Assembly: GCA_964372325.1 (NCBI GenBank)
Contig: CAYJQG010000001.1
Coordinates: 120 to 64,119, forward strand
Origin: an uncultured Candidatus Saccharibacteria bacterium
Lineage (GTDB): Bacteria; Patescibacteriota; Minisyncoccia; UBA6257; JAUSGH01
Reading direction: 5' to 3'
Length of the DNA: 64,000 bases
Shown here: positions 1-7,996 of the stretch, one piece after another
Numbering within the stretch: the first letter of the stretch is position 1
Layout: each line of letters begins with the position of its first letter
Position numbers and translations under genes: made by a program
The notes under the pieces: generated by a model
The model's database searches: none
What the model was told of the DNA's origin: nothing
What the model saw: only the letters and a program-made list of their open reading frames with translations

Positions 1-221
1 CAGTCCGTTTATCGAAAAAAACAATAAAAATTGAAGGCCGCGTTGAAGAGGCGCTGCCTGCCACAACATTTCGTATAAAGCTCCAAACCGGAGAGGAAAT
101 ATTGGGGCATCTTTCCGGAAAGATGCGGCTGTATTATATTAAAATTCTTCCCGGCGATCGCGTATTGGTTGAGATGAGTGAATATGACAAGGGGAGGGGG
201 AGGATCATCAGGAGATTATAG
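1..221 (+). CDS. infA: translation initiation factor IF-1, 5' end outside window
   Basis: Frame-3 translation ...KIEGRVEEALPATTFRIKLQTGEEILGHLSGKMRLYYIKILPGDRVLVEMSEYDKGRGRIIRRL* matches the IF-1 S1-fold consensus. Stop TAG at 219-221. Position upstream of rpmJ-rpsM is the conserved one. Confidence 0.75.
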   Translation, partial: VRLSKKTIKIEGRVEEALPATTFRIKLQTGEEILGHLSGKMRLYYIKILPGDRVLVEMSEYDKGRGRIIRRL

Positions 222-265
222 GTGTGGCAATGTTGATATCGCGGCTGCGCCTTCGTCGCTTTTCG

Positions 266-285
266 CCTGCCTGCCGGCAGGCAGG
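266..285. repeat. 20-bp GC palindrome CCTGCCTGCCGGCAGGCAGG
   Basis: Perfect self-complementary 20-mer. Recurs at nine or more sites, often nested in family A and family D elements. Confidence 0.8.
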
Positions 286-330
286 TCGGAGTACCGCCGA
301 GGAGGGTACACCTCCTCAAAGCTCCTCGGC
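285..330 (+). repeat. conserved ~45-nt bulged-hairpin motif GGAGTACC-N-GGGTACACCTCCTCAAG, copy 1
   Basis: gtcggagtaccgccgaggagggtacacctcctcaaagctcctcgg. Confidence 0.55.
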
Positions 331-361
331 TCGCTCGCGATCTCAACATTGCATTTAATAG

Positions 362-396
362 ATTTCGTATATTCGTATTTTTTCGTATTTCGTAGC
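362..396. repeat. family A palindromic repeat (TACGAAATACG type), partial arm
   Basis: atttcgtatattcgtattttttcgtatttcgtagc. Abuts the rpmJ start codon. Confidence 0.6.
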
Positions 397-403
397 TTTA
401 TGT

Positions 404-517
404 ATGAAGGTTCGTGCATCCGTAAAAAAAATTTGTAGTAATTGCAAAATGGTACGGCGCAAGTTGCGCTTGTATGTGAGTTGTAAAAATGTTAAACATA
501 AGCAACGACAAGGATAA
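404..517 (+). CDS. rpmJ: 50S ribosomal protein L36 (bL36), below the ORF-track size cutoff
   Basis: Hand translation gives 37 aa [37 protein letters not shown]. This is the canonical L36 zinc-ribbon with C-terminal KHKQRQG. Location between infA and rpsM is the conserved one. Confidence 0.85.
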   Translation: MKVRASVKKICSNCKMVRRKLRLYVSCKNVKHKQRQG

Positions 518-524
518 GATTAAA

Positions 525-625
525 TAGCTTATCGCATATCGCAAAACGCATATCGCAAAGTGTTAAAAAAATTGAAATAGCGATAAGCGACGTGCGATAT
601 GCGACACGCGACGTGCTAATAAATT
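525..625 (+). promoter_or_regulatory. family E conserved leader element upstream of rpsM (hairpin GCTTATCGC...GCGATAAGC plus GACGTGC direct repeats)
   Basis: aatagcttatcgcatatcgcaaa...ttgaaatagcgataagcgacgtgcgatatgcgacacgcgacgtgctaataaattATG. About 90 percent identical to the copy upstream of rplQ. Confidence 0.6.
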
Positions 626-1009
626 ATGCGTATCGCAGGTATAAACATTCCCGATAATAAAAAAGTAGCATATGCTCTGCCGTATATTTATGGCGTGGGT
701 CGTGTGCGCGCACAAGAAATTATTAAGGCAACAAATATTAACGGTGAAAAGCGCGCCAAGGAATTAACGCAGGACGAGGTGGGTAAAATTAAGGAATATA
801 TCGAGCGTAATTTTAAAATCGAAGGTGAACTTCGCACCGTAGTACGACAAAATATTTCATTGTTGAAAGACATACAGTCGTATCGCGGCGTGCGACATGC
901 ACGGCACCTCCCAGTACGTGGGCAGCGAACGAAAACTAATTCACGAACCGTACGCGGTAACGTTCGTAAGACCGCAGGTAGTGGCAAGAGAAGGGTGGAT
1001 TTGAAATAA
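626..1009 (+). CDS. rpsM: 30S ribosomal protein S13
   Basis: 127 aa. MRIAGINIP...YRGVRHARHLPVRGQRTKTNSRT is the classic uS13 signature. Confidence 0.95.
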   Translation: MRIAGINIPDNKKVAYALPYIYGVGRVRAQEIIKATNINGEKRAKELTQDEVGKIKEYIERNFKIEGELRTVVRQNISLLKDIQSYRGVRHARHLPVRGQRTKTNSRTVRGNVRKTAGSGKRRVDLK

Positions 1010-1024
1010 AATTAAATAACATAG

Positions 1025-1125
1025 GCTACGAAATACGAAAATATACGAATATACGAAAACGAAAAAAGTTTAATTTCGTATATTCGTAAAAATTTCGTAT
1101 TTCGTAGCTGCGTATTTCGTAGCTG
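1025..1125. repeat. family A palindromic repeat, full copy
   Basis: gctacgaaatacgaaaatatacgaa ... ttcgtatattcgtaaaaatttcgtatttcgtagc, an imperfect ~100-bp palindrome. Between rpsM and rpsK. Confidence 0.8.
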
Positions 1126-1132
1126 AAAGATT

Positions 1133-1621
1133 ATGGGTAAGAAAAAAGTAGCCGTACAAACAGCCGAAGAGGCGATTAAATCGAGTGAGACTGTCGATGC
1201 TGCGGTAGCAAAGGCGGGCTTGTCCGCCGTAGCTTCAGCGAAGGCGGGAGTAAAAGCGACCGAAAGCAGCAACAAATTAGATAAGGGACGTGCATATATT
1301 AATGCGTCTTACAATAATACATTGGTGAGCGTGACCGACGAACGGGGGAATGTGAAGGCGTGGAGTTCGGCTGGGGCATTGGGTTTCGCTGGCCCAAAAA
1401 AGGCGACGCCATTTGCAGCCTCGAAAGTTATTGCGGCATTAGCAGAAAAATTGCGAAAATCTGGGCCAATGAATTTAGAGGTGTTTGTGAACGGCGTTGG
1501 CGGAGGGCGTGATTCTGCGATACGTTCATTAAATAACCAAGGGTTTAATATTTTAACTATTAAAGATGTTACTGGGATCCCACACAATGGGCCAAGAGCA
1601 AAAAAGGTAAGACGCGTATAA
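1133..1621 (+). CDS. rpsK: 30S ribosomal protein S11 with a short Lys/Ala-rich N-terminal extension
   Basis: 162 aa. SYNNTLVSVTDERGNVKAWSSAGALGF...IPHNGPRAKKVRRV is uS11. Confidence 0.95.
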   Translation: MGKKKVAVQTAEEAIKSSETVDAAVAKAGLSAVASAKAGVKATESSNKLDKGRAYINASYNNTLVSVTDERGNVKAWSSAGALGFAGPKKATPFAASKVIAALAEKLRKSGPMNLEVFVNGVGGGRDSAIRSLNNQGFNILTIKDVTGIPHNGPRAKKVRRV

Positions 1622-1624
1622 ATT

Positions 1625-2242
1625 ATGTTCAATACTAGAGAAAAAAAAGAACGGTCGCTCGGAATAAAACTTTTTTTGAAAGCGCATCGTTGCAGCTCGC
1701 CAAAATGTGTAACTTCGCGTAACCCAAACCCACCAGGGCCGCACAAGAAGAGTGGCGGGCGAAGGCAACGTTCAGAATTTGGAGAGCAAATGCGGGCAAA
1801 GCAGCGTATAAAAATAACCTATGGTATCCGCGAGTCAGCGATGGAAAAGGTGGCATTGACCGCCGCAAAGAGCAAAGGCATTACGGGAGAAATGATTATG
1901 AATTTACTCGAGCGCCGGCTCGACAACGTGGTGTATCGTGTTGGGTTTGCGCAGTCGCGAGCGATTGCTCGTCAGCTCGTTTCTCATGGCCACATGTTTG
2001 TGAATGGGAGGAAGGTAACGATCCCTTCATATGTAGTGAGAAAAGATGACGTGATTAGTATCCGCCCAGAGTCCAAGGAACACGGCGAGTTTCGTGAACT
2101 TAAAGAATATCTTAAGCGTTACGTGACACCGGTTTGGCTTGCGATGGACCAGGAGAAAGTCGAGGGTAAGGTGATGGGTGACCCCAAAGATTTCGACAAC
2201 ACTTTTGACTTAAATAAGATAGTCGATTATTATTCGAAATAG
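1625..2242 (+). CDS. rpsD: 30S ribosomal protein S4
   Basis: 205 aa. Contains the S4 N-terminal zinc-ribbon-like region and S4 RNA-binding domain (LERRLDNVVYRVGFAQSRAIARQLVSHGH). Confidence 0.95.
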   Translation: MFNTREKKERSLGIKLFLKAHRCSSPKCVTSRNPNPPGPHKKSGGRRQRSEFGEQMRAKQRIKITYGIRESAMEKVALTAAKSKGITGEMIMNLLERRLDNVVYRVGFAQSRAIARQLVSHGHMFVNGRKVTIPSYVVRKDDVISIRPESKEHGEFRELKEYLKRYVTPVWLAMDQEKVEGKVMGDPKDFDNTFDLNKIVDYYSK

Positions 2243-2256
2243 TTCAATATAGAGTA

Positions 2257-3057
2257 TTGTTTAAAATTATGAAATTCGCATATTTAAGTGAATCGGTAAC
2301 TATTAAAACAATTAGTGAAAATGACCGCAGTGGTGTATTCGAAATCGAAGGTTTGTATACTGGCTATGGTCTTACCGTGGGTAACGCCTTGCGAAGGGTG
2401 CTCTTGTCTTCAATACCGGGGGCAGCAATTACGCAAGTAAAAATTAAAGGAGTGGGGCATGAGTTTACCACCATACCACATGTCATTGAAGACGTAGTAG
2501 AAATTAGCTTAAACCTTAAGAAGGTGCGTTTCCGCATGCACACCGATGAGCCCCAGACATTATTGTTAAAAATTAAGGGCGAGCACGTGGTAACCGCTAA
2601 TGATATTCAGACTAATGCACATGTTGAAGTGATTAATACAGATGCACACATCGCCACTGTCTCAGAAAAGAGCGGTGAGCTTGAGATGGAATTAACCGTA
2701 GAGCGTGGGCTAGGTTATGTGCCTGTTGAAGCGCGGAAAACAGAGAAGCTTGCCATTGGTGTTATTGCACTCGATGCGATGTTTACTCCAGTTATAAAAG
2801 TAAGTTTGGTTGTAGAGAATATGCGCGTTGAAGATCGCACCGATTATAATTGTCTACGCCTTGCAGTAGAAACTGATGGAAGCTTGACCGCTTCGGCCGC
2901 ACTGCGTAAGGCAAGTAATATATTACAAGATCATTTTGTGAAGATCTCCATGGTAGAAGTAAAAGAATCTGTTGTCGTGGAAAAGCCAGGGGGAGGAAAA
3001 GAAAAAAAGAAGAAAGCAAAAAAACAAAATAGCTTATCGCATATCGCAAAGCGTTAA
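2257..3057 (+). CDS. rpoA: DNA-directed RNA polymerase alpha subunit, N-terminal domain only; Lys-rich tail replaces the alpha-CTD
   Basis: 266 aa. The alpha NTD dimerisation and insert regions are recognisable. The C-terminus ends ...EKPGGGKEKKKKAKKQNSLSHIAKR and runs into an intergenic repeat. No alpha-CTD helix-hairpin-helix region is present. Confidence 0.9.
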   Translation: MFKIMKFAYLSESVTIKTISENDRSGVFEIEGLYTGYGLTVGNALRRVLLSSIPGAAITQVKIKGVGHEFTTIPHVIEDVVEISLNLKKVRFRMHTDEPQTLLLKIKGEHVVTANDIQTNAHVEVINTDAHIATVSEKSGELEMELTVERGLGYVPVEARKTEKLAIGVIALDAMFTPVIKVSLVVENMRVEDRTDYNCLRLAVETDGSLTASAALRKASNILQDHFVKISMVEVKESVVVEKPGGGKEKKKKAKKQNSLSHIAKR

Positions 3058-3116
3058 AAAATTTGAAATAGCGATAAGCGACGTGCAATATGCGACACGC
3101 GACGTGCTAATAAACT
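3037..3116 (+). promoter_or_regulatory. family E conserved leader element upstream of rplQ; overlaps the rpoA 3' end
   Basis: aatagcttatcgcatatcgcaaagcgttaaaaaatttgaaatagcgataagcgacgtgcaatatgcgacacgcgacgtgctaataaactATG. Confidence 0.6.
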
Positions 3117-3461
3117 ATGTTCAGCATTAAACGAAAATTTGGTAAAAAAGTAGGGCCACGGAGACATTTTGTGCGCATCCTTGCGCACAATTTAGTGATG
3201 CACGAGCATATCGAGACAACAGAGCCTCGGGCAAAAGAAATTAGACCGATTGTTGAGAAGTTAGTGACTATTGCACGGCGTGGGAGGCTCGCAGATTTAC
3301 GCTTGTTGTTACAGCGTCTTCCAAAAGAGGCAGCAACAAAATTATATTACGAAATCGGCCCAAAATACAAAGAACGCAAGGGGGGATATTTACGAATTAC
3401 GAAACTTGGCTTAACACGTAAACGTGATGCGGCACGGGTCGCAAAAGTGGAATTCGTTTAA
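3117..3461 (+). CDS. rplQ: 50S ribosomal protein L17
   Basis: 114 aa. HRKRGRKLGRT-like core (FGKKVGPRRHFVRILAHNLVMHEHIETT...GGYLRITKLG). Confidence 0.95.
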   Translation: MFSIKRKFGKKVGPRRHFVRILAHNLVMHEHIETTEPRAKEIRPIVEKLVTIARRGRLADLRLLLQRLPKEAATKLYYEIGPKYKERKGGYLRITKLGLTRKRDAARVAKVEFV

Positions 3462-3465
3462 CATA

Positions 3466-3601
3466 GGCTACTAAATACGCGGCTACGAAATACGAAAATA
3501 TACGCCTGCCTGCCGGCAGGCAGGAATATACGAAAACGAAAAAAGTTTAGTTTCGTATATTCGTAAAGATTTCGTATTTCGTAGCTGCGTATTTCGTAGC
3601 A
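3466..3601. repeat. family A palindromic repeat with nested GC palindrome
   Basis: Same arms as the 1025-1125 copy, with cctgcctgccggcaggcagg inserted centrally. Between rplQ and rplM. Confidence 0.8.
3505..3524. repeat. 20-bp GC palindrome copy
   Basis: cctgcctgccggcaggcagg inside a family A element. Confidence 0.8.
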
Positions 3602-3607
3602 GGGCAT

Positions 3608-3949
3608 ATGGATTACATCATCGATGCACAAAATAAACGACTGGGGAGGATCGCTTCGGAGATAGCGGTTATTTTGCAGGGAAAAAAGAGTGCACGTTAT
3701 GAACCACGTTTGCGCGGCGAAGACCGCGTGATTGTGAAAAATGTGAAGGGTCTAACGGTTTCTGGGGCAAAGGAAGTGAAGAAAATTTATTATCGACACA
3801 CGGGGTACATGGGGCACCTTCGTGAGCGTACATTTGAGCAGGCATTTGCAAAGTCACCTACCGAAGTATTGCGCCGGGCAGTTACGCACATGCTACCCAA
3901 AAATTTTTTACGCGATAAAAGAATGAAAATGTTGAGAATAGAAAATTAA
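3608..3949 (+). CDS. rplM: 50S ribosomal protein L13
   Basis: 113 aa. DAQNKRLGRIASEIAVILQGK...YYRHTGYMGHL matches uL13. Confidence 0.95.
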   Translation: MDYIIDAQNKRLGRIASEIAVILQGKKSARYEPRLRGEDRVIVKNVKGLTVSGAKEVKKIYYRHTGYMGHLRERTFEQAFAKSPTEVLRRAVTHMLPKNFLRDKRMKMLRIEN

Positions 3950-4070
3950 TTTCTAATTCCCAATTTCTAATTTCTAATAAAATGACTAAGTATTAAATTT
4001 CTAAACTTTATTCATTAGACATTATGTTGTTTTATTAGAAATTTAAAATTAGATATTAGGAATTAAAAAC
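3947..4070. repeat. family B palindromic repeat (TATTAGAAATT type)
   Basis: ttctaatttctaataaaatgactaag ... ttttattagaaatttaaaattagatattagg. Between rplM and rpsI. Confidence 0.75.
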
Positions 4071-4098
4071 CCATAATTTTTCATTTAATGTAACGACC

Positions 4099-4536
4099 AT
4101 GGTAACCACAAAAATAAAAAAAATAGAACAAAAAGAAGAAAAAGCACCACGATATTTTGAGGGTCGTGGTGGCAGAAAAACCGCAATTGCACGGGTGCGT
4201 TTGTATAGCAAGAAAGGAGATGGCGTAGTGGTGAATGGGTTGCCCGTTCAAGAATATTTCAAGCTACCAAAACACCAACAGATAGCCGTCGCGCCAATTG
4301 CAGTGATGAACATGGGTGAGACATTGTCTGCGACAGCACACGTGCGTGGCGGGGGTATTAGTGCTCAAGCAGAGGCAGTACGACATGGCATGAGCATTGC
4401 ACTTACCAAGTTTAATGTGGAATTCCGTAAACGTTTAAGTCGTGTAGGTTTCCTAACCCGCGATGCGCGTGTGGTTGAGCGCAAAAAACCAGGACTTAAA
4501 AAAGCAAGAAAAGCTCCACAATGGGCAAAAAGATAA
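4099..4536 (+). CDS. rpsI: 30S ribosomal protein S9
   Basis: 145 aa. GRGGRKTAIARVRL...GGGISAQAEAVRHGMSIAL...RDARVVERKKPGLKKARKAPQWAKR matches uS9. Confidence 0.95.
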   Translation: MVTTKIKKIEQKEEKAPRYFEGRGGRKTAIARVRLYSKKGDGVVVNGLPVQEYFKLPKHQQIAVAPIAVMNMGETLSATAHVRGGGISAQAEAVRHGMSIALTKFNVEFRKRLSRVGFLTRDARVVERKKPGLKKARKAPQWAKR

Positions 4537-4720
4537 TCCTTTGGGATTATTTTTTTGCCCATTGTGGAGAGGGGATGGGTCGGAAGGGGCAGTATTCTGC
4601 CCCTTCCGTGTAGGAAATAGCCCCGAGCACGTCGAGGGGCGTTTAGAAACCGTGGGTTTCTAAGGAGCGAAGCGATTCCACATCGGGCAAAAAGATAATC
4701 CCAAAGGATTATCTTTTTGC
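4537..4720 (+). other. paired stem-loops (GGGCAAAAAGATAATCC-N6-GGATTATCTTTTTGCC twice) bracketing a GC-rich ~120-nt segment; possible sRNA or complex terminator after rpsI
   Basis: 4543-4580 and 4688-4728 are near-identical hairpins. Between them lies gaaggggcagtattctgccccttc and other stems. Confidence 0.4.
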
Positions 4721-4790
4721 TCGTCTAGGAGGAAGAGCGACAGCGGAAAATTGACATTATTCCATTTCCGTTATACCATTACACTGTTCT

Positions 4791-5909
4791 TTGATAACCT
4801 CCAATAGTTCGAGGTGCACCGTGCAATTTCAAGATCTCGCCATTGGACAACGTTTTCGTTTTTCCGGAAACGATAATGGCTCGACCCATTCGACAGGCTC
4901 AGGGCGAGCGGGCTCATCACCAGATGTATGGATGAAAGTCCTCATCCCTGAAAAATATCCTGACTCTGGTCTTTGTGGCCCTGAAGAAGATGATATCCCC
5001 AAGGATATCCGCGCCATTCATCTCTCTAATGGAAAATTTGAATATGTTCGTGGAGATACCCTCGTTATTTTGCATACCAAGGAGCAACCTGAGACTCCAA
5101 CTCGTATCGTTCCCGCAGCTCTCTCAGATAAACCCGAGGATGTATTGGTTAATATCAGTTTTCGACTGGAAGCTGTTGAGCGAATATGCGCGAAGCTAGA
5201 ACAAAATGTCGGTATTCGTTCCGTTGCTCAACCTAATTCAGAGATCTTCCCCTTAGCATCTTTACTTCGTCTAACAATGGAACAAAACATTTTTCTCCCC
5301 GAGGACTGGACACAATATTACAGCGTTAACTTTTCAAACATTGCAATTCCCAATTTTCCTTGGTCTGGCTCGCTCCTTAACAGCCCCTGCCCGTTTAATC
5401 CCGACAAACGCATTAAAGACACTCATTTCGCCTTTCTTGGACTACCCGATATTAACGGAGTTCCTCTGACTGTTGCGCAATGGATAAAACTTCACCCACA
5501 AACTGGTCAACCGAAATTCTATCACCATACGAATCCTTGGCACCAAGGTCAACCCTATACCGATAAGATCACGCTACAACCCCGTTGGTACCTTCTCCTT
5601 AAAGAAATTGTCCCGAGCTCCACGGACAGAACTCCTGAAGAACAAGTAGTATTGCTCCCACCGGAATATGAGATTCCTTCCACTATTGCTGAAGTCACGA
5701 AAGATCTTTTTGTTTTCAAAAAAACAGGTATTCGTTCTAATCCATCACAATGGGCAGCTTGTGCAGAGCGAACGATTCAAACTTCGAGCTCGCCTGCTGG
5801 CAACGTCTCGTGTGTCGGCGGCTTCGGCGAGGGCGGCCTCAACGTCAACTACTGGGCCGACAGCCGCCACTTCAGCGTTGGCCTTGGGGCGTCTCGGAAG
5901 CCCGCATAA
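4791..5909 (+). CDS. hypothetical protein; composition differs from neighbours; start codon uncertain (GTG 4818 or ATG ~4931 also possible)
   Basis: 372-aa ORF with no recognisable family. Codon usage is C/T-rich and unlike the flanking ribosomal genes. The 3' end reads through a GC-rich tract. Followed by an intrinsic terminator and a MITE-D copy. Confidence 0.45.
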   Translation: MITSNSSRCTVQFQDLAIGQRFRFSGNDNGSTHSTGSGRAGSSPDVWMKVLIPEKYPDSGLCGPEEDDIPKDIRAIHLSNGKFEYVRGDTLVILHTKEQPETPTRIVPAALSDKPEDVLVNISFRLEAVERICAKLEQNVGIRSVAQPNSEIFPLASLLRLTMEQNIFLPEDWTQYYSVNFSNIAIPNFPWSGSLLNSPCPFNPDKRIKDTHFAFLGLPDINGVPLTVAQWIKLHPQTGQPKFYHHTNPWHQGQPYTDKITLQPRWYLLLKEIVPSSTDRTPEEQVVLLPPEYEIPSTIAEVTKDLFVFKKTGIRSNPSQWAACAERTIQTSSSPAGNVSCVGGFGEGGLNVNYWADSRHFSVGLGASRKPA

Positions 5910-5983
5910 TCGCGAAGCGATTTGCGGATTTGAGAACTTGCATATTTGATATTTTTGATTTTTTGAATTTTGAAACCTTGCAT

Positions 5984-6013
5984 CCCTCGCGCTATCGCGC
6001 GAGGGCTTTTTGT
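5984..6013 (+). terminator. intrinsic terminator
   Basis: ccctcgcgc-tatc-gcgcgaggg followed by ctttttgt. Confidence 0.8.
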
Positions 6014-6016
6014 ATA

Positions 6017-6180
6017 TTAGACTTGGCTCCACGAATAACATTTCGCCTCTGATGTCCATGAATTTTGGCCACGCCTAGTCACAAAAAATCTCAACAGACC
6101 TGCCTATCGGCAGACAGGCCTGCCTGCCGGTAGGTAAGTCGCCTAAAATTCAAGAAAAATTGGTCAAATCGAACAAGCGT
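6017..6180. mobile_element. family D MITE-like element (TIR TAGACTCGGCTCCCGATAA type), degenerate
   Basis: ttagacttggctccacgaataacatttcgcctctgatg...aaaaaatctcaacaga plus tandem GC palindromes. Right TIR eroded. Confidence 0.6.
6099..6136. repeat. tandem degenerate GC palindromes
   Basis: cctgcctatcggcagacagg + cctgcctgccggtaggtaag inside a family D element. Confidence 0.7.
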
Positions 6181-6183
6181 AAT

Positions 6184-6208
6184 AAAAAACCCTCCAATGG
6201 AGGGTTTT
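6184..6208. terminator. bidirectional intrinsic terminator (serves sppA on the minus strand)
   Basis: aaaaaa-ccctcca-a-tggaggg-tttt. Confidence 0.75.
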
Positions 6209-6210
6209 GA

Positions 6211-7152
6211 CTATCGGGGCATGAGGTACAGGGGCATACCGCGGAGTTCCACTTCGGGGAAGAGCGCAACGAGCTCGGCGAGGCCAAGTTTCTTAGCGGC
6301 AGAAGAAGTGAAGCGATCGAAGAATGATGTCGGCGATGTAAGTTTCTCAATGCTCGGGTTCACACTTTCGGGGATCTTCGCAAGGGTTTTTGCGGCGGTT
6401 ATGGCGTCACCGAAGTCTCCGACTGCGTCGACCAAGCCGAGCTGTAAGGCTTGCGCGCCAGTAAAAACTCGTCCATCTGCCACTGCGCGTACTTGTTCAA
6501 TGGGAAGTTTGCGCGCTTCGGCAATTACGGTACAAAATTGGCCGTAGGCATCATCGACAACGCCCTGGAGCAACGCACGTTCCTCGTCGGTCATCGTTCT
6601 TGTCGAAGAGAGGATATCTTTATGCTTCCCAGATTTAATGGTTCGAATTCCAATTTTAAATCCTTTCAAGATTTCAGAAAATTCGTAGCTTTGGATGATA
6701 ACGCCGATTGAGCCAGTAATAGTACCAGGAAGCGCGATAATATGGTCTGCGCCCATGGCTGCATAGAACCCACCACTAGCGGCAACGTCTTCCATTAGTG
6801 CGACAACTTTAATACCACGTTTACGGAATTTTTGGAATGTACTAAACAATTCATGCGATGCCCCGACTGTTCCACCGGGGCTGTTAATGCGTACGACTAG
6901 TGCCTTGGGTTTCAGTCGTGCAACTTCAGCAAGGTGTGCATACAACTTCCCAGCTTTGCTATTTTGGTCATCTTGGTAACTGATAACACCAGACAGAGAA
7001 ACAACGGCAATATCAGGACGTCTCAGTCGCTTGAGATATGGACGGATGAAAAAGAAATACAGAAAGAAGAGGGTGAAGAGTGAATTGAGGTCAAAGAACG
7101 GTGCGCTGGTCGGTTGCATGGGTCGAGAGCCCAATAGAAGAACTAATCTCAT
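6211..7152 (-). CDS. sppA: signal peptide peptidase SppA (36K type, S49 family)
   Basis: S49 ClpP-like fold motifs (VVRINSPGGTVGASHELF, VAASGGFYAAMGADHIIA). Start taken at MRLVLL (7152). The ORF-track N-terminal extension to 7233 would be encoded by a MITE-C repeat and is probably spurious. Confidence 0.8.
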   Translation of the reverse strand: MRLVLLLGSRPMQPTSAPFFDLNSLFTLFFLYFFFIRPYLKRLRRPDIAVVSLSGVISYQDDQNSKAGKLYAHLAEVARLKPKALVVRINSPGGTVGASHELFSTFQKFRKRGIKVVALMEDVAASGGFYAAMGADHIIALPGTITGSIGVIIQSYEFSEILKGFKIGIRTIKSGKHKDILSSTRTMTDEERALLQGVVDDAYGQFCTVIAEARKLPIEQVRAVADGRVFTGAQALQLGLVDAVGDFGDAITAAKTLAKIPESVNPSIEKLTSPTSFFDRFTSSAAKKLGLAELVALFPEVELRGMPLYLMPR

Positions 7153-7203
7153 AGTATACACAAGAGAAGGTTTAGGGAAGGAGCAGTTTTTTGACGAGAG
7201 TAT

Positions 7204-7338
7204 AGCCACCAACGAAAAAATCCCAAACTTCAAGCATCAAATAACAAATAAATTCCAATTTTTTAAATTCGAATTTATGTTATTGAGTATTATTTGAAAT
7301 TTGGTATTTGAGATTTGGTGTTTATGTTTTTAGTGGCT
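7204..7338. mobile_element. family C MITE-like element (imperfect ~135-bp palindrome centred on AAATTCGAATTT, termini TAGCCACYAACG / CTTTAGTGGCTA)
   Basis: agccaccaacgaaaaaatcccaaacttcaagcatcaaataacaaataaattccaa ... ggtatttgagatttggtgtttatgtttttagtggct. Confidence 0.8.
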
Positions 7339-7415
7339 AATAAGAAGCGAGAAAGCTAACGAAGCTTGTGAGACTTACGCTGTCTATTGTACGGGGAAAA
7401 TACATACATATATAT

Positions 7416-7459
7416 TTGACAGCGAATATATTACAGAATAATATGATATTATCATATAT
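7416..7459 (+). promoter_or_regulatory. sigma70-type promoter plus palindromic operator of the RHH/RelE TA operon
   Basis: TTGACA (7416-7421), 17-nt spacer, TAATAT (7439-7444). A perfect 19-bp palindrome atatgatattatcatatat (7441-7459) overlaps the -10 element and the transcription start, ending at the antitoxin ATG. Confidence 0.7.
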
Positions 7460-7690
7460 ATGGCGATACTTTCTACACCATTAACGCCACAATTAGAAGA
7501 GTTCGTCGCGTTGTACGTCAAGCGTGGGCGAGCGGCGAATAAAGCTGAGGTTGTGCGCAAAGCGTTGAGGCTGCTTGCCGACGAGGAAGCAATTTTGGAT
7601 ATTCTCCAAGCCGAACGAGAAATTAATAACGGCAAAATATTGCGTGGCGACCTCCGCATGTTAGCGAAGAAAATAACAAAACATGGGTAA
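7460..7690 (+). CDS. type II antitoxin, ribbon-helix-helix (ParD/CopG-like)
   Basis: 76 aa. EEFVALYVKRGRAANKAEVVRKALRLLADEEA is a typical RHH antitoxin. Overlaps the downstream RelE/ParE gene by 8 nt. Confidence 0.75.
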   Translation: MAILSTPLTPQLEEFVALYVKRGRAANKAEVVRKALRLLADEEAILDILQAEREINNGKILRGDLRMLAKKITKHG

Positions 7691-7952
7691 GCAGTTAGTC
7701 GTGCGATATGCCCCGCTTTTCGTGCGAAGGTTCTCGTTGTTGCCCAGAGATTTACAGAACGAGATCATCGAGAAAATCGAACTGCTTAAAGACATAGACA
7801 ATCATCACACGCTCAAAGTGCATAAATTAAAAGGCGCGCTTATGGGTCGGTATAGCTTTTCGATTAACTACCGTTATCGCGCCGTTTTTGTCTATCAAGG
7901 AAAAGAGGGCATTGTCTTGCTTACCGTCGGCGACCATCGAATTTATAAGTAG
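7683..7952 (+). CDS. type II toxin, RelE/ParE family
   Basis: 89 aa. C-terminal LKGALMGRYSFSINYRYRAVFVYQGKEGIVLLTVGDHRIY fits the RelE/ParE signature (LKG...R.GDYR.IY). Confidence 0.75.
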   Translation: MGKQLVVRYAPLFVRRFSLLPRDLQNEIIEKIELLKDIDNHHTLKVHKLKGALMGRYSFSINYRYRAVFVYQGKEGIVLLTVGDHRIYK

Positions 7953-7996
7953 CACAAAAGCGGTGTCAGATTCATCGATATCGTAACGGAAAGAAT

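Noticed and set aside
5745-6059. ORFs 5745-6059 (-) and 5750-6052 (+) in the GC-rich tail after the 372-aa gene
   Set aside because: They overlap each other and the terminator hairpin. Products are Arg/Ala-rich low-complexity sequences typical of GC-rich non-coding DNA read in-frame.
6197-6547. Plus-strand ORFs antisense to sppA (6197-6547, 6451-6711, 7031-7297)
   Set aside because: Entirely within the well-supported minus-strand sppA gene or inside the MITE. No family signal.
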